This document shows positions 61,514 to 64,000 of a stretch of 64,000 bases of DNA, one piece after another (within the stretch, counting starts at the first letter, position 1; the number at the start of each line of letters is the position of its first letter). The stretch lies in NCBI RefSeq assembly GCF_009931435.1, contig NZ_CP043414.1; one strand, given 5' to 3'. Source of the stretch: Escherichia coli. Its GTDB lineage: Bacteria > Pseudomonadota > Gammaproteobacteria > Enterobacterales > Enterobacteriaceae. The translations under genes and the position numbers were made by a program. Below the pieces are notes generated by a model, which was not told where the DNA came from, searched no databases, and saw nothing but the letters and a program-made list of their open reading frames with translations.

Positions 61514-61597
61514 ATGAAAACTTTTCTCGATAAAGTTCTCATCGTTCTTAAGGCGCTAATCGCGCTGCTGGAACTGATCCGTCAGTTTATTGAATAA
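61514..61597 (+). CDS. Candidate type I toxin: 27-aa amphipathic/hydrophobic peptide MKTFLDKVLIVLKALIALLELIRQFIE
   Basis: ATG with AAGGGAG SD 7 nt upstream; intrinsic terminator follows (61614-61643); resembles DinQ-type toxins. Confidence 0.55.
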   Translation: MKTFLDKVLIVLKALIALLELIRQFIE

Positions 61598-61700
61598 CTG
61601 AGGAAACGTAGCTAAGGCCGAAGGTTTACCACCTTCGGCCTTTAAAAAAACCGACATGACAGTTGGTTTCAGATTTATTGCCAAAATGCACACTGTTCAT

Positions 61701-61786
61701 GCCGGATGCGGCGTGAACGCCTTATCCGGCCTACGGTTAAGTGCAGTTTTGTAGGCCTGATAAGACGCGCCAGCGTCGCATCAGGC
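61701..61786. repeat. REP element pair between the small-peptide module and ybbP
   Basis: gccggatgcggcgtgaacgccttatccggcctac ... gtaggcctgataagacgcgccagcgtcgcatcaggc. Confidence 0.85.
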
Positions 61787-61802
61787 AATCTAACGCCTGT
61801 CA

Positions 61803-64000
61803 TCACCCCGCAAACTGCCTGAACAGCGCCTTACCCTTAACCAGTCGCGCGCCCAGCCAGCCGCCGAAAAGTGACAGCAGCAGCGCACCGCTACACGGCA
61901 ACACAATCCACAATCGCCAGTCTGGCTCCCACGGGAAATCAAACACTTTCGCCTGCAGTACCGCCAGCGCCGTTTCCGCACCAATTGCGGCCACCAGGCC
62001 GGATACAAACCCGAGCATGGCGAACTCACACCATAATGTCGTGCGCAGCAGCTTTTTCCCCGCACCGAGTGTGCGCCACACCACCAGCTCCTGATGACGC
62101 TGACGCATTCCCACCTGCACCTGTGCCAGCAACAGCAACATACCGCAGGCGGTGACCAGCACCACCATCACTTCCAGCGCCCGACTTACCTGCTCCAGCA
62201 CCTGACCGACCTGTTTTAAAATCGCGCCAATGTCTAACAGGCTAATGGTCGGGAACTGGCGGTTGAGTTGCGTCAACATGCCGTTGCCATTCTCCCAGCG
62301 GAAACTGGTAAGCCAGCTCTGCGGTTGCCCGTCTAATGCCCCTTCCGGGAAAATAAAATAGAAATTAGGCCGCAGACTTTCCCAGTCCACTTTGCGCAGG
62401 CTGGTCACTTTAGCGCGGAACTCCTGGGTATCGCCCATAAAAGTCACGGTATCGCCGAGGGCAACGTTTAAGCGTTTCGCCAGCCCCTCTTCCATCGATA
62501 CTTCATCGGCTTTTGGCGGCCAGTTACCGGCGACAATTGGATTATGATCGGGCCGCGTATTTTGCCAGGTGAGATTGAGTTCGCGATTGAGCGCCTCATC
62601 TTCATTGCCTTCTGTCGGCTTATCGTTAATCGCCGTCAACCGCGCCCGCACTACCGGATAAAACGATTCCGGGACTATTTGATGTTCCGCGAGGAACGCT
62701 TTTAGCGGCGTAACCTGTTCTGTGGCGATGTTGATTAAAAAGTAGTTCGGGCTTTCTGGCGGTAGCTGCTGTTGCCAGCGGTCGAGCAGATCGCCACGCA
62801 ACACCAGCAACAGTGCCAGCAGCATAAAGGAGAGCGAAAATGCCGAAAGCTGGCTTAACGTTGACCACGGCTGACGTAACAGGCGGCTAACCGCCAGGCG
62901 CAGAGGTAGCGATTTCAGCGTCATGCGGCGAAGTACATTCAGCAGCATCCAGCCCAGGACACCGCACAGCAAAGCCAGTACTACCGCGCCCGCCAGCACC
63001 GCCCAGAGCAGCATACTGCCGCCCATCAGTCCGGCGAGCAGTAGCACAACCACCACACTGACAATCGGCAGATAAAACTTCAGCGGCCAGACGTTTGCAA
63101 CCACATCATTACGTAACACGCGTAAAGGCTGCGTTGCCAACAACAGGCGGTATGGTCGCAGCCCCACCAGCAGCGAGATGACCGTCATGGTGCCAAGCGC
63201 CCACAGCCATGGCCAGAGGCTGGCAGGCGGTAGTGCGGCAGGCAGAACGGGCTTGAGCAGCACCATCAACACGTTTTCGAACAACAGGCCTATCGCCCCG
63301 CCGGTAACGGCTGAAAGCGCCAGCACCATCAGCCACTGACCGACGATTAGCTTACGCAGTTGCGCTCGCCCAGCCCCCAGCGTTTTGAGGATCGCCACCA
63401 GATCGTAGCGACTACGACAGTAATGATTCATCGCCACCGCCACCGCCGCCACCGCCAGCAGCAAGGTCAGAAGCGCCGAAAGCAGCAGAAACTGTTGCGA
63501 GCGTTCCATCGATCGCCCCAGCGCGCCTTCGTCCTGTTCCAGACCGTACCAGCGTTGTTCGGGTTTAAGCTGAGGTAACAACCATTTCTCATAGCCGTCG
63601 AGCTGGTTCTCGTTGCCGCCGAATTTATAACGCCAGGTGACCCGACTCCCCGGCTGCACGGCTCCGGTTTTATCGACATCCGCCAGATTCATCATCAGAC
63701 GCGGGGCCATCTGGAAGGGGTTAAAACCGGAATCCGGTTCCTGAATCACTTCTCCGGCAATCCGCAAGGTGGTATCGCCCACGTCAATGGTGTCGCCCGT
63801 TTTCAGGTTAAGCAGTGCCATCAAGCGTGGGGCCAGCAATACGCTGCCCGCCTGCGGTTTCAGGCCTGGAGGATTGGTTTGCAGATCGCCATACATCGGG
63901 TAGATATCATCCACCGCTTTGACGTTCGCCAGCTGCGGTGTGTCGCCCGCAAAAGTCATCGTGGCGAAAGTCAGCTGCTTGCCGACTTTCAGGCCGCGCT
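61803..64000 (-). CDS. ybbP: ABC transporter permease YbbP (FtsX-like), 3' portion; N-terminus beyond window end
   Basis: 718-aa ORF fragment running to the window edge; multi-TMD. Confidence 0.85.
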   Translation of the reverse strand, partial: RGLKVGKQLTFATMTFAGDTPQLANVKAVDDIYPMYGDLQTNPPGLKPQAGSVLLAPRLMALLNLKTGDTIDVGDTTLRIAGEVIQEPDSGFNPFQMAPRLMMNLADVDKTGAVQPGSRVTWRYKFGGNENQLDGYEKWLLPQLKPEQRWYGLEQDEGALGRSMERSQQFLLLSALLTLLLAVAAVAVAMNHYCRSRYDLVAILKTLGAGRAQLRKLIVGQWLMVLALSAVTGGAIGLLFENVLMVLLKPVLPAALPPASLWPWLWALGTMTVISLLVGLRPYRLLLATQPLRVLRNDVVANVWPLKFYLPIVSVVVVLLLAGLMGGSMLLWAVLAGAVVLALLCGVLGWMLLNVLRRMTLKSLPLRLAVSRLLRQPWSTLSQLSAFSLSFMLLALLLVLRGDLLDRWQQQLPPESPNYFLINIATEQVTPLKAFLAEHQIVPESFYPVVRARLTAINDKPTEGNEDEALNRELNLTWQNTRPDHNPIVAGNWPPKADEVSMEEGLAKRLNVALGDTVTFMGDTQEFRAKVTSLRKVDWESLRPNFYFIFPEGALDGQPQSWLTSFRWENGNGMLTQLNRQFPTISLLDIGAILKQVGQVLEQVSRALEVMVVLVTACGMLLLLAQVQVGMRQRHQELVVWRTLGAGKKLLRTTLWCEFAMLGFVSGLVAAIGAETALAVLQAKVFDFPWEPDWRLWIVLPCSGALLLSLFGGWLGARLVKGKALFRQFAG

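Noticed and set aside
61103-61802. Looked for an Rhs element or its remnants between mnmH and ybbP
   Set aside because: Only about 700 bp of intergenic sequence; no Rhs core or YD-repeat coding sequence. The space holds the small-peptide/sRNA module and a REP pair

Overview
The window is Escherichia coli-type chromosome in two parts. (1) Positions 1 to about 26,380 are a lambdoid prophage integrated at the tRNA-Arg(UCU) gene argU; it continues past the window start. It is far more complete than the DLP12 remnant at this site in K-12 as I recall it: lambda-like head/packaging genes (C, B, W, A, Nu1) joined across an intact cos site to the right-arm end, a phage-21-type lysis cassette (pinholin, SAR endolysin, Rz with embedded Rz1), Bor, an intact phage porin, Q, a nin-like region (rusA, ybcO, ninE, ybcN), an AT-rich cargo island (emrE, serine recombinase ybcK, PEBP-family ybcL, AraC-family ybcM), ren, P, O with ori iterons, a YdaS/YdaT-like cro/cII pair, a CI repressor with S24 peptidase domain, a lipoprotein in the rexAB position, a very short early-left operon (gam short form, bet, exo, small ORFs), xis and int. 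(2) Positions 26,460 to 64,000 are core chromosome in reverse K-12 order: fimZ and the sfm fimbrial operon, folD, ybcJ, ybcI, cysS, ppiB, lpxH, purEK, a BIME cluster, the allantoin/glyoxylate regulon (ybcF, ylbF, ylbE, fdrA, allDCE, glxK, ybbY, allB, ybbW, glxR, hyi, gcl, allR, allA, allS), mnmH and the 3' part of ybbP. Most striking off-list signal: between mnmH and ybbP sits a compact module that looks like a type I toxin-antitoxin locus (27-aa hydrophobic peptide ORF plus a divergent small RNA with a consensus promoter whose 5' end is complementary to the toxin leader), flanked by 26-bp direct repeats. Other notable points are the lipoprotein in the immunity region, an unusual early-left leader with a long hairpin and no recognisable N/kil/cIII, and a single-base frameshift splitting fdrA. 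Names are from recalled homology, not a database search. ORF-track coordinates were used where available, with starts adjusted by codon arithmetic to the start that matches the known protein.
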